DNA of 64,000 nt from Octopus sinensis. Taxonomy: Eukaryota. The notes beneath the pieces were generated by a model, which was given only the letters and a program-made list of their open reading frames with translations, did no database searches and had not been told where the DNA came from. The translations under genes were made by a program, and so were the position numbers. Where the stretch lies: NCBI RefSeq assembly GCF_006345805.1, contig NC_043017.1, forward strand, positions 29,140,001 through 29,204,000, read 5' to 3'. Position 1 is the first letter of the stretch, and each line of letters opens with the position of its first letter. Shown piece after piece: positions 1 to 13,205 of this stretch.

Positions 1-1009
1 CAATAATGGGCGCTTTATATATTCCGTTTCTTTTATTTTTTTACATCATTTGTACCTTAACCTCATCTTCAGTCGAAGACATGCGACCCAATCTCATGGT
101 ATTGACCATAATTAAAAAATGCTGCCCATGATTCATCCTCTCACGTCGCGATTACCTGACTGTTATATGAGTGACAGACGACACAGGATGTTTCAGACAA
201 GCTACCGTAAACTGTAGTCTGCTATTGTAGAAGAAGTTAAGTCACGTGTTCAAGGACAGATTTAATGTCTTTAAGCCCAAATCATATCAAGCGAACTAGG
301 GATCTTTCTATGTGGTCAATTGGCATAGAAACTTCGAGCAAATCATCTCCCACACATCATATAATTTCATCTGAAAAAAATGTGCAAGCTACATTAGATG
401 CTTCTGAAATTGATATCGAAATAGAAAAGAAAACACTATCGTTGACCTTTTAAGGTCTTAGATCAATGTGACCTACTCCATGATGGCTGATCTGAGTATA
501 ACCTCCGGAAGCGAAAAAGTAAAGCATTCTATAACCAAGACATGATTCGTAAATATTCCTCTTTATCAAATTTCACTGATTTTTCTAATTTATTAACAGT
601 TCTACTGAAATCGTGGCGAAACACAATTATAAACGAAGTGACCTAACTTCTAAAGGAAAAATGCAAAATGAAAATGCAAATTTCATTTTTGCAAATGCAA
701 CTCCATTTATAGATGACGTGCTGTTTCTCTTCATTTGAGATCTTTAGAAATGTGTAGAGCTTGTAACAAGAGGAGAACATTAGATGCATTTTATCTGTAG
801 AAGCAAACAACAACTGAGTATTTGATACGTTTTATCTGTACAAATGCAGACGTGTGAGAGATGTGAGGTTTGGGGGTTGAGAGGGAGTTAGTGAGCTGTT
901 CGATGAATACATCAATTAAATGATTTTCATCGAGCTTCCGTACAGAATGTATCGAAAGTAAAAATATTTTGCAGAATTCGCAAACATTAGGTTGTTATAC
1001 ATGTAAATA

Positions 1010-4000
1010 TTCTCCCGTATAGAGAAAATATCAGGAATATTATTATATCAGTAAATATCAGAAATATTATTATATCAGTAAATATCAGAAATATAGAGAA
1101 ATATTATTATATCAGAAAATATCAGAAGTATAGAGAAAATATCAGAAATATTATTATATCAGCAATTATCAGAAATATAGAGAAATATTATTATATCAGA
1201 AAATATCAGAAATATAGAGAAATATTATTATATCAGAAAATATCAGAAATATAGAGAAATATTATTATATCAGTAAATATCAGAAATATAGAGAAATATA
1301 TATAATAAAATATCAGAAATATTATTACATCAGTAAATATCAGAAATGTAGAGAAATATTATATCAGAAAATACCAGAAATATTATTATATCAGTAAATA
1401 TCAGAAATATAGAGAAATATTATTATATCTGAAAATATCAGAAATATTATTACATCAGTAAATATCAGAAATGTAGAGAAATATTATATCAGAAAATACC
1501 AGAAATATTATTATATCAGTAAATATCAGAAATATAGAGAAATATTATTATATCTGAAAATATCAGAAATATTATTATATCAGTAAATATCAGAAATATA
1601 GAGAAATATTATTATATCAGAAAATATCAGAAATATAGAGAAATATTATTATATCTAAAAATATCAGAAATGTAGAGAAATATTATTATATCTGAAAATA
1701 TCAGAAATATTATAATATCAGTAAATATCAGAAATATAGAGAAATATTATTATATCAGAAAATATCAGAAATATAGAGAAATATTATTATATCTGAAAAT
1801 ATCAGAAATATTATAATTTTAGTAAATATCAGAAATATAGAGAAATATTATTATATCAGAAAATATCAGAAATATAGAGAAATATTATTATATCTGAAAA
1901 TATCAGAAATATTATAATATCAGTAAATATCAGAAATATAGAGAAATATTATTATATCAGAAAATATCAGAAATATAGAGAAATATTATTATATCAGAAA
2001 ATATCAGAAATATAGAGAAATATTATTATATCTAAAAATATCAGAAATGTAGAGAAATATTATTATATCTGAAAATATCAGAAATATTATAATATCAGTA
2101 AATATCAGAAATATAGAGAAATATTATTATATCAGAAAATATCAGAAATATAGAGAAATATTATTATATCTGAAAATATCAGAAATATTATAATTTTAGT
2201 AAATATCAGAAATATAGAGAAATAATATCAGATATTATAATATCAGTAAATATATATATTATAATATTACTGATATTTTCAGATATAATAATATTTCTCT
2301 ATATTTCTGATAATTTCTGATATAATAATATTTCTCTATATTTCTGATATTTACTGATATTATAATATTTCTGATATTTTCAGATATAATAATATTTCTC
2401 TATATTTCTGATATTTACTGATATTATAATATTTCTGATATTTTCTGATATAATAATATTTCTCTATATTTCTGATAATTTCTGATATAATAATATTTCT
2501 CTATATTCTGATATTTACTGATATTATAATATTTCTGATATTTTCAGATATAATATATTTCTCTATATTTCTGATATTTTCTGATATAATAATATTTCTC
2601 TATATTTCTGATATTTACTGATATTATAATTTTAGTAAATATCAGAAATATAGAGAAATAATATCAGATATAATATCAGTAAATATCAGAATATAGAGAA
2701 ATATTATTATATCAGAAAATATCAGAAATATAGAGAAATATTATTATATCAGAAAATATCAGAAATATTATAATATCAGTAAATATCAGAAATATAGAGA
2801 AATATTATTATATCTGAAAATATCAGAATATTATAATATCAGTAAATATCAGAAATATAGAGAAATATTATATATCAGAAAATATCAGAAATATAGAGAA
2901 ATATTATTATATCTGAAAATATCAGAAATATTATAATATCAGTAAATATCAGAAATATAGAGAAATATTATTATATCAGAAAATATCAGAAATATAGAGA
3001 AATATTATTATATCAGAAAATATCAGAAATATTATAATATCAGTAAATATCAGAAATATAGAGAAATATTATTATATCTGAAAATATCAGAAATATTATA
3101 ATATCAGTAAATATCAGAAATATAGAGAAATATTATTATATCAGAAAATATCAGAAATATAGAGAAATATTATTATATCTGAAAATATCAGAAATATTAT
3201 AATATCAGTAAATATCAGAAATATAGAGAAATATTATTATATCAGAAAATATCAGAAATATAGAGAAATATTATTATATCTGAAAATATCAGAAATATTA
3301 TAATATTAGTAAATATCAGAAATATAGAGAAATATTATTATATCAGAAAATATCAGAAATATAGAGAAATATTATTATATCTGAAAATATCAGAAATATT
3401 ATAATATCAGTAAATATCAGAAATATAGAGAAATATTATTATATCAGAAAATATCAGAAATATAGAGAAATATTATATCTGAAAATATCAGAAATATTAT
3501 AATATCAGTAAATATCAGAAATATAGAGAAATATTATTATATCAGAAAATATCAGAAATATAGAGAAATATCATTATATCTGAAAATATCAGAAATATTA
3601 TAATATCAGTAAATATCAGAAATATAGAGAAATATTATTATATCAGAAAATATCAGAAATATTATAATATCAGTAAATATCAGAAATATAGAGAAATATT
3701 ATTATATCAGAAATATCAGAAATATAGAGAAATATTATTATATCAGAATTATCAGAAATATATAGAAATATTATTATATCTGAAAATATCAGAAATATTA
3801 TAATATCAGTAAATATCAGAAATATAGAGAAATATTATTATATCAGAAAATATCAGGAATATAGAGAAATATTATTATATCAGTAAATATCAGAAATATA
3901 GAGAAATATTATTATATCAGTAAATATCAGAAATATAGAGAAATATTATATCATAAAATATCAGAAATATTATTACATCAGTAAATATCAGAAATGTAGA

Positions 4001-4169
4001 GAAATATTATATCAGAAAATATCAGAAATATTATTATATCAGTAAATATCAGAAATATAGAGAAAATATTGAGAAATATTATTATATCAGAAAATATCAG
4101 ATATATAGAGAAAATATCAGAAATATTATTATATCTGAAAATATCAGAAGTATAGAGAAAATATCAGAA
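1010..4169 (+). repeat. AT-rich satellite array (37-bp and 27-bp units, 101-bp higher-order period) with an internal inverted block
   Basis: Units AAAATATCAGAAATATAGAGAAATATTATTATATCAG (37 bp) and AAAATATCAGAAATATTATAATATCAG (27 bp); the TCTG variant recurs at 3077, 3178 and 3279; about 2266-2626 is reverse-complement. Confidence 0.97.
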
Positions 4170-4340
4170 ATATTCTGTTGTGTCAGGGGAGAGTCATTTT
4201 CTTTTTGTGCCTAATAAAAATAAGAAATAAGTGGAAATCTTACCGGTGAGTATGTTAAATTATAAGGCACAAAAAGAAAATGACTCTCCCTAGACACAAC
4301 AGAATATGCTTCGACAAACACTCCTATGAACATTTGACAT
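4170..4340. mobile_element. Palindromic repeat family E (MITE-like or Penelope inverted tail)
   Basis: About 44-bp inverted arms ATATTCTGTTGTGTC..GAGAGTCATTTTCTTTTTGTGCCT / AGGCACAAAAAGAAAATGACTCTCCCTAGACACAACAGAATAT; homologous copy at 46676-46965. Confidence 0.7.
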
Positions 4341-4391
4341 CATAAAACGTTAGGCCCAAAAGTATAAGTACGGCCATTCTGAGACGTGGGG

Positions 4392-4601
4392 CTAAAAGCT
4401 AAGTAGTTTTCCTTCAAGATTCATCCTCATAGAAGGACATCCTTCATTGGTCTTTAACCAGTCGGTATTCCCAGCGTCCTCCTCCCAAGAGGTTTCTTTA
4501 TCAATCACAAAAACGACATTGGTCTCTTTAGTATCTGTCTGTATTTCTTCAGCTTCTTCAGAAGTACAAATTCTGAAAAACTCATGACACTCCATTTTCA
4601 T
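4392..4601 (-). pseudogene. Possible decayed C-terminus of a Penelope GIY-YIG endonuclease
   Basis: VIDKETSW...PSM...EGKLLS loosely resembles the ILDKE.NW..R...P.LNR..G..LS end of PLE ORFs; it adjoins family E. Weak, by-eye similarity. Confidence 0.3.
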
Positions 4602-4919
4602 TTCAAGAATGTATCTGATACCTTAAGCAAATACCCATCACATTAGCTTATTATTTTATTTGATTCTTTTTGCATAATTTACATTCTATATCTAATGTAG
4701 AAATAACTTGCTACAATAATTGATTCTAACAGGACAACTGATAGTCAGAGTTCTTGTAGGTTCATACAATTATTTATGTAAAGTTCAAACACTGGGGAAT
4801 ATATTGGGACGGGTTCAAATGCAAAGTATCAGTTTTCTATGAATTAATGACGAAAGACCCAGACCCTTCTTCATTGTGATTTATGAATTTTTTCAACACC
4901 AACACAAATGAACAAACGC

Positions 4920-5161
4920 TCATACATATACATATACATATGTACATACGTAGATACATATATATATGCATATATGTATATATATATATATGTGTGTGTC
5001 TGTGTGTTACAGTATGAATACACACACACATTCGTACATATATTATTATTATTATTATTATTATTATTGTTGTTGTTGTTGTTGTTGTTGTTGTTATTAC
5101 GTACATATATCTCTATAAATACATATATATATATATATATATATATTTGCATACATACCTT

Positions 5162-5200
<39 letters not shown>

Positions 5201-5278
5201 TTATATGTACATATACGTAACTATGTATACATATGCGTATGTAGATATACATTCATAAGAATATTTGTACTATATACG

Positions 5279-5310
<32 letters not shown>

Positions 5311-5362
5311 GCACACGTGTACATATGCATACATAAATATACAGATTTATAAGAAGTATGTA

Positions 5363-5411
<49 letters not shown>

Positions 5412-5471
5412 AATACGTTTACATGTGTACATATGCATATATAAATATACACATTCATAAGAATCTATGTA

Positions 5472-5500
<29 letters not shown>
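4920..5500. repeat. Compound microsatellite (TA)n/(TTA)n/(TTG)n
   Basis: Direct reading; explains the I/Y/N-rich ORFs. Confidence 0.95.
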
Positions 5501-5505
<5 letters not shown>

Positions 5506-5597
5506 AAATATTATTTGAGACAAAACCACTATTTTGCAAAACAAACAAGGAAAGACTTAATCAATACATAAAATTTAATAAATAGTCAAAAAAACCG

Positions 5598-5640
5598 CCA
5601 CTACAATCGTTTCTTGTCTTGATCGACAATCTTCAGGTGG
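5598..5640 (-). ncRNA. Minimal type-I hammerhead ribozyme (Penelope-associated type)
   Basis: Minus strand CCAC-CTGAAGA-TTGTC(GATCAA)GACAA-GAAAC-GATT-GTA-GTGG: canonical core, 5-bp stem II, 4-bp stem I, GUA cleavage triplet, self-complementary stem III ACGAUUGU. Confidence 0.78.
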
Positions 5641-7014
5641 ACTTCCAATAATTCAGTTACGAATATATATATATATATATATACGTTTATATAAAATGAA
5701 TTATGTAATTTTTTTTCTTTTTATGAATATTAGCATCGTTTTTTTTTTTTTTGCTTTTCTTACTACAGATTTCGTCTGTAACAGTAACACTTCAAGAACT
5801 CTTTTCCAATATATCATTAAAGATAGTTGTTGACTAGTTGTTGACATGATGTATGTGCTTTAATGTCTACGCCCGTTCTAGACACAAGGAGTATTTTAGT
5901 TCATGAGAATATACTTTTCGAACGTTTTATTTCTTTGTTTATCTTCACACATGTTGTGTTTAATCTACTTCTGTATCGTTCTGTATTCTCTCTTCTATTC
6001 TACTATTCAATCTCTATCAGCGTTTCCATACATCTACTATCGACTCGTGTTGTTCATTAGTATCTTATGAATAACACTGAAATTAAAAATCTCATCAGCT
6101 ACAAAATACGAACCGCTGAACACACTTCGAATGATTAAAGTAATTTTGAAATGTGAACGCAAGCATGAATCTTGTAAACCTCGTAGCTGTAGCTGTTTCT
6201 GTAGCCACGCAACTATAACATTTTCTTGTCGGCTGACTATGCATTTACAACACAGAACCAATGAAATATATTACATTTCTCAACTCAAATCATTCCAGTA
6301 TAGAGAAATACGTTTAAATTTCATTTTTTCATTTCTTTTTTTTCCTTTGGTATCAGTCATTGAACAGCTTTCCTGCTGAGTTACCGCTTTCAATGCTTTC
6401 AACAACATCGACAGATAGCGTCTCTGGTAGTCGTCGCAAAATCGAAAATATAATACCTGTAAAATATAGGCACCTTGCCGTCTTTCTACTTACGGGTATA
6501 AGCATCAACGGAAATAATTTTTTAAGGGGATATATTAGTCAATTATATTACCTGGAGCACTCTGCAGGTATTCTATTTTATTTTCCTCGAAAATCCAAAA
6601 TAAAAAACAAAATCTCAGTGCCGTACCAGATTCCTATACATTTTCTTAGATGTTCTAGAATGACAAAACCTCGACATCAATAAGAAACACTTCACCCGTC
6701 TACTATTCATTAGTCGGAAGCATATCACTCTATTTAAATACAACTTAACACGCGAACTTATAGAACATGCATATTAGTACAACACAAACATATTTCCATG
6801 AGTACCAAAACAAAATATAGTCGACTTTGTAAATGCCTTCCACGATATTCCCGTTTCTATAAATACGAAGAAATTACTGAAAACCCGCTGAAAATCTAAT
6901 ACACAACATAGACTAGTACATTCCATGTAAGATTACAGAGGTCGTGCAGTCTAGAGGAACAACCTATCCGAAATTTTCAATCCCAAGGAGGTGGTACGAC
7001 TGGAATCCTTTCTT

Positions 7015-7287
7015 TTTTTCAGATATTTTCTGATATAATAATATTTTCCTATATTTCTAATTATGTTCTGATATGCTCTTTTACTTGTTTCAGTCATTTA
7101 ACTGCGGCCATGCTGGAGCACCGCCTTTAATAGAGCAACTCGACCCCCGGGACTTATTCTTTTTTAAGCTCAGTACTTATTCTATCGGTCTCTTTTGCCG
7201 AACCGCTAAGCTACGGGGACATAAACACACCAGCATCGGTTGTGAAGCAATGCTAGGGGGACAAATACAGACACGAAAATATACACG

Positions 7288-7355
<68 letters not shown>

Positions 7356-7652
7356 CGACGGGCTTCTTTCAGTTTCCGTCTACCAAATCCACTCACAAGG
7401 TTTTGGTCGGCCCGAGGCTATAGTAGAAGACACTTGCCCGAGATGCCATGCAGTGGGACTGAACTCGGAACCATGTAGTTGGTAAGTAATCTACTTACCA
7501 CACAGCCACTCCTGCTCCCATATGATATAATAATATTTTTCTATATTTTTGATATTTTCTGATATAATAATAGTTCTGATATTTTCTCTATATTTCTGAT
7601 ATTTTCTGCTGATATTTTCTGATATTTTCAGTTATTTTCTGATATAATATTT
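7015..7652 (-). repeat. Relic of the 1-4 kb satellite in reverse orientation, interrupted by a SINE
   Basis: TTTTCTGATATAATAATATTTTCCTATATTTCT-type units at 7015-7075 and 7520-7652. Confidence 0.85.
7076..7518 (-). mobile_element. SINE family A (tRNA head, CORE-like segment, internal (TA)n/(TG)n)
   Basis: Head GGAGTGGCTGTGTGGTAAG..GGTTCCGAGTTCAGTCCC, GGGCAAGTGTCTTCTACTATAG segment, tail GACTGAAACAAGTAAAAGAG; many copies in the window. Confidence 0.9.
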
Positions 7653-7920
7653 TCGACCTCTCTATCTCTGACTTACTCCACGCATACACAAAGAGGGAAA
7701 CACGGTCTCATACGATGCTGACGTGGCATTCATTGTTTTCGCCGTTGTCTTGACTTCATTGCGCAATTACTGCAACTTTACAAGAATCATCTTTGAGATG
7801 TAACTCCACATCAGTGCACTAAAAATTAGCTGGTAACAAATATATTGCTGAGATTCTTCTTAATTAATATAATTCTTAGAAACTATTATCCATTTCGTTC
7901 ATCTTGCACACGTACGTGCG

Positions 7921-8378
7921 TATTCATAATTTTTTAATGAATTTTTTTTCAATTTTAGAGACATGTATTTGACAATTCCGCAGCGGATTGAATTTATTTT
8001 CTGCGTGATTTTTGGCAAACCTTGTATATGCCATATATTGTTACTTCACTAAATGACGTGTACTAAACAATGATTCAGCTAAACTGCTCACTGTCATTTG
8101 CATAGAAGGTCACGAGCTATTAACAAGCCATCCCTTTTGTTCATCTTATGCATTCATAATTTTTTATGTATTTTTTCGATTTAAGAAAAATTGAAGCATG
8201 TATTTAACAATTTCGGAGCGTACTGCATCTATTTTGTACATAATTTTTGGCCCACCCTATATATACCAAAGGAAGAGCACGTATTACTGTTACCTCTCGA
8301 AATCACGTGTACTAAACAATGAATCATCTAAAATTGTTCACTGTCATTTGCATAGAAAGACACGAGCTATTAACATGT
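7921..8378 (+). repeat. Old diverged tandem duplication (~230 bp x2)
   Basis: ACGTGTACTAAACAATGA..CACTGTCATTTGCATAGAA..CACGAGCTATTAACA occurs near 8058-8126 and 8297-8375. Confidence 0.8.
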
Positions 8379-8828
8379 ATTAAACAATTCCTTTCAGCAT
8401 TGCACAGCATATGTGATAATTTAAAATGTTAGCATACATATATTCATAAAACATGTAAGTTTAGAGTAGCATGGAAAATTAAACGACACACAGCTTCAAG
8501 AAAAAAAAATATGATTGATGCGACCAGATACTAAACATTAAATGTCGATTAGTATATATGAAAGGATATTTTTTGTGATAACCTGCTAGCAAAACTAAAA
8601 AATAAGATACATGCCTCAACTCGCTTTTATCTCTGAATAAAATAATCTGAAATTCAACAATTTTGTTTACTTTTCACATCGAAGCTAAAATCAAATATTT
8701 ATTAAAGTTATCTATAATTTATTTCGATTTTTTCAAAAAATTTTCGGGATGCATTATGTATTATGTCAACGTTTGAAGTGAATTCATTATGCAAAATTGA
8801 GTGTTCAAGGCTCAAGTGAATCTTTTAG

Positions 8829-8982
8829 AATTACTTATAAATTACCAGTCTCTCCGTGGACAGAAGATATTTATTTAATGAGGAAACTCTCGTCAGAAAC
8901 CTGTTGTGATCGAAACCAAATTTTCTGTCCATGTCCCGAAAAATATAGTCGTGTAGTCACTTCATATAATTTTGAACGCCAG
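8829..8982 (+). CDS. Candidate internal coding exon of an unidentified host gene
   Basis: TCTTTTAG acceptor, CAG|GTTTGT donor, one open frame ITYKLPVSPWTEDIYLMRKLSSETCCDRNQIFCPCPEKYSRVVTSYNFERQ; product not recognised. Confidence 0.3.
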
Positions 8983-9913
8983 GTTTGTATCCTAAAAGAC
9001 ATACAGTAAAATTCAGAATATACATACAGGTAGGTCTTTGGGTGGGTGGATTGGCTACAGAGAGTGAATGAGAGAAGGGAGAAGAGAGAGACGGAAGAAA
9101 GAAAGGTATGCGACTGCTGTAACATACTTGGTTTTCGCATTATTGAAACTCGCTGAAATATATCTGAATTTATTCACTCTGACAAATGACAGCATTCGAA
9201 AAAACGACCATAGCGTTTATATTAGTGTAGAAGAGAAATCCTTGAGGATTCATTCATGAGGAATAAATTGACAACGCAGCAAAAATTATGAAATATATTC
9301 AGGCATGGATCCTTTATATAGCAAGTGCCATATGTCGTTTTCATGAGCACATATCAAATCTTATATTTGTAAACTTGGTTTATAATTATAATTTACAATA
9401 AGTTATTTTTTTTGCTCTTTATTTTGGGCCAACTGCATTTTCCAGTGAAAACCGACCATTATATTCCAAGGACATTAAGTGTCAATTGTCAGGTACAGGA
9501 CGCAAAATGTGATTTATGGAACATTCATCTCAACACACGAATATATCATATTTGGAATTATTCATTCAGATTGTTTATAATGATAGGTCTTACACACAAA
9601 CACATCCGCTGACATACACTCATTTCTATATTTCTATGTATTAGCATGTTCATACTTGCGTGGTTTCAGATTCAATATTTCAAATATAATGTGTTGTGGA
9701 CGTTTAGTGACAGGGATTTCGGGATTATATTATCCAATGACAGGGATTTCAAAAGACATTTGGCTACTGTATAGGATTTTGTTTCTTAGTTTGCCTTGTT
9801 TTGTTAAGATAATATTTTAGCATTTTTTGCTCCAGGCCAGTAAACCGTCATGTTGTAGGATTTGAATGAAACTTTTTCTAGCTAAAATAGATTATACTGA
9901 GTAGATAATATGT

Positions 9914-10176
9914 GGAGGCGCAATGACCCAGTGGTTAGGGCAGCGGACTCGCGGTCGTAGGATCGCGGTTCCGGTTCCCAGACCGGGCGTTGTGTTTGTT
10001 TATTGAGCGAAAACACCTAAAAGCTCCACGATGCTCCGGCAGGGAGAGGGGTGATCCCTGCTGTTCTCTTTCACTACTCTTTCTCTCTTTCTTCTGTTGG
10101 CCTGCTCACTTAGCCAGCGGGGTGGCGTCGTTCGAAGGCTAAAACAATGCGAACGCATTGTGACCAGCGATTGTGT
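9914..10176 (+). mobile_element. SINE family B, body type B1 (3'-incomplete)
   Basis: tRNA-like head GGAGGCGCAATGACCCAGTGGTTAGGGCAGCGGACTCGCGG.. with A/B boxes; homologous to 10753-11054. Confidence 0.9.
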
Positions 10177-10222
10177 ACTGTTGGTGACCTCCTGCAACCA
10201 TATATATATATATATATTATAT

Positions 10223-10266
<44 letters not shown>

Positions 10267-10559
10267 ATATATATATATTGTGTGTGGTGTGTGTGTGTGT
10301 GTGTTATAATTACGTTTTAGTGTTATTTGTTTACCGCTGCACGTGCTTGATTTGCTAATCGGTGTTACAATATTACAAATGTAAGAAAAATACGTAAGAT
10401 ATCATCGATGAGAAATTCTTCAAACAGATTGGATTATTTTCCTCTCGACATTGTGTGTGTGTGTGTTTGTGTGTGTGCGCGCACGTGCCTGTGTGTGTAT
10501 GTCTGTGTGTGTTTGAGTGTGCGTGTGTTTTGAATTCTTGGATGTGTTGTATTTTTTAG

Positions 10560-10711
10560 CAAAACAACTCATTTTGCGTTGCTCCAGTTCATTTGGTAGG
10601 GCGAAACTAAGTAATCCTGAATCCTATGATGGCTCGGCCTGGCGTCCAGATGTGCAGCGAAATTATACAGCATGGAATCAGAGAAACCCGTCTTATGAGC
10701 CTACGGCATGA
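10560..10711 (+). CDS. Weak candidate exon
   Basis: TTTTTTAG acceptor, GC-elevated open frame KQLILRCSSSFGRAKLSNPESYDGSAWRPDVQRNYTAWNQRNPSYEPTA*; loose resemblance to the discoidin SS..ARL..AW.P motif only. Confidence 0.18.
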
Positions 10712-10752
10712 GAAGGACCCTTGTTGCGTTTGACGTATGTATATAAGAATAT

Positions 10753-11054
10753 GTGGAGGCGCAGTGGTTAGGGCAGCGGACTCGCGGTCATAGGATCACG
10801 GTTTCGATTCCTAGACTAGGCATTGTGAGTGTTTATTGAGCGAAAACACCTAAATCTCCACAAGGCTCCGGTAGGGGGTGTGGCAATCCCAGCTGTACTC
10901 TTTCGTCGCAATTTTCTCTCACTCTTTCTTCTGTTGGCCTGCTCGCTTAGCCAGCGGGGTGGCGTCATTTAAAGGCTAAAACAATGCGAAACGCATTGTG
11001 ACCAGCGATGTGTAGCAACATCTGATAGCCTGGTCGGTCACGGTGATCACGGTG
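10753..11054 (+). mobile_element. SINE family B, type B1, full length
   Basis: Same head; ends GGTCACGGTGATCACGGTG; 12-bp TSD ATATAAGAATAT (10741-10752 / 11055-11066). Confidence 0.93.
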
Positions 11055-12195
11055 ATATAAGAATATATATATATATACGTCCGTGATTTTTTGTGTTTCT
11101 GTGAACACATACGTACCTACATACATACATGCATACGTACGACGCACTTCCCCACATTAACTGTTTACCAAATTCTCAGAAAAACACCATTAGGTCTTCG
11201 TTTATTATATGCGCAGACATTTACGTAACGTTGATACTGAAACGTTAAGTATGTGATAACAAAGCAAGCTTCTTAAAAAAATACGTAAGCGTACGTCTAT
11301 GCACAGCAGTGTATTCTCCCCCACAAAGGTGTTGGTGGCCGTGTGCATACATTTGTCAATATGTTCGTATGTGCATATGCGTATGTATTTATAAACATAC
11401 TTGTGAATGTATGTATGTATTTTTGTGCATCGGAGCATTTGTGTTACAACAATATACCAATTTCTGTTCATTGTTGGATCAACCGTAAATCATGGAGCCT
11501 CGCTTAAACAACTTACATTAAAAAGCACACTTACGTGACGAACGACGCTCATCTAGCAGAAATCTAGGAAATCCTACGTCTCGAGCTACTGGTTCTTTTC
11601 AGCAGTGCGCACCCGGAATGTAAACAACGAGAGATAGGAAAGATTTGGCTGATTAGATATGTGTATTGACGAAGAGTTTAGCTATAGAAATGTTAGCCAT
11701 TTCATTCAATATAATTTTCCTATTAAAACTAGATTAACAAGTTGTACAGATTACATTACCTTACAAACCGCCTGACATTTCCATCTCGAATTCGATATTA
11801 CAATAGAGTGCCGTCAAAGTAGCATAAACAAATTATAGAATCGAATGTGAGAGCTTAAAATCTCTAATACCATCAACGTCACAAATCTCAGCCATTAATT
11901 AATGATCTGATTAAATGTTTTCGACAATTAATACCAACTAAGACCATGGAACAGAAGTGCTCTACTTACAGATACAACAAAATACATTCATGTTAGTTTT
12001 AACATGTTTAGAAAACGCTTAGCGATTGCGTTAAGTTCGTCCATGTTTCTTTTATGTAAAGGACAAAAAACATTCAGCTATTCAACATATAATTGAGAGG
12101 AATTGGCAAAAACTTTCACCACAAAATATAAACCAGGTGTGAGCTTTTGTGCTTAATGAAAGTTCAATCTTAGTATTACTAATTAAATGCGGTAT

Positions 12196-12345
12196 GATGG
12201 CAGACTCATTAGCACATCAGCCAAAATACATCGTAGTACTTATGCTCTATTTTCGAATTCCGCCGAGATTGACTTTGCATTTTGGGTTTGATAAAATTAA
12301 GTACCAATTGAGTACTAGGGTCTATATAATCGACTTGACCTCTTT
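12196..12345 (+). mobile_element. SINE family C, degenerate
   Basis: TGGCAGA..TTAGCAC..AATTCCGCCGAGATTGACTTTGC..TAAGTACCA..TAATCGACTT. Confidence 0.7.
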
Positions 12346-12393
12346 GCCAGCATCTCACGTCTTGTTCGTATAGTAGATAGAATTGTTAATTAG

Positions 12394-12779
12394 GAGGCGC
12401 AATGGCCCATTGGTTAGGGCAGCGGACTCACGGTCGTAGGATCGCGGTTTCGATTCCCAGACCGGGCGTTGTGAGTGTTTATTGAGCGAAAACACCTAAA
12501 GCTCCACGAGGCCCCAGCAGGGATGGTGGTGATCCCTGCTGTACTCTTTCACCACAACTTTCTCTCACTCTTACTTCCTGTTTCTGTTGTACCTGTATTT
12601 CAAAGGGCCGGCCTTGTCACTCTCTGTGTCACGCTGAATATCCCCGAGAACTACGTTAAGGATACACGTGTCTGTGGTGTGCTCAGCCACTTACACGTTA
12701 ATTTCACGAGCAGGATGTTCCGTTGATCGTTGATCGGATCAACTGGAACCCTCGTCGTCGTAACCGACGGAGTGCTTCC
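12394..12779 (+). mobile_element. SINE family B, type B2, full length
   Basis: B head plus tail ..GTAACCGACGGAGTGCTTCC; 15-bp TSD AGAATTGTTAATTAG (12379-12393 / 12780-12794). Confidence 0.95.
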
Positions 12780-12992
12780 AGAATTGTTAATTAGAGCGAC
12801 GAACTGGCTGAAACTTTATTGTGCCGGACTAAATGTGCCACTGCATTTATTCCAGCACTCACGAACTAAGTTCAAATTCTGAACTTAGACTTTTATCCTT
12901 TCGATGTAGTTAAAATACTTACGGGTTGAGCTCCGCTATGGTCGATGTAAGCAGCTTCTTCTTCCCTCAAAGTTAATGGAACTGAGCCGGTT

Positions 12993-13205
12993 GTGAGCTG
13001 GCAGAATCGTTAGCACACCAGGCTAAAAGCTTAGAGGCATTTAGTATGTCTTAACGTTCTGAGTTCAAATTCCGCCGCAGTCGACTTTGCTTTTCACCCT
13101 TTCGGTGTCGATAAAATAAGTACAAGTTAAGTACTGAGGACGATGTAATCGATCATCCCCCTCCCCCAAATATTCAGGTGCTGTGCTTATAGTGGAGAGG
13201 ATTAA
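12993..13205 (+). mobile_element. SINE family C (tail type 1)
   Basis: GAGCTGGCAGAATCGTTAGCAC..GAGTTCAAATTCCGCC..GTCGATAAAATAAGTAC..GTGCTTATAGTGGAGAGGATTA. Confidence 0.88.

Noticed and set aside
1010-4169. Regular repeat array as a CRISPR-like locus
   Set aside because: No unique spacers, eukaryotic context, no cas genes; it is a satellite
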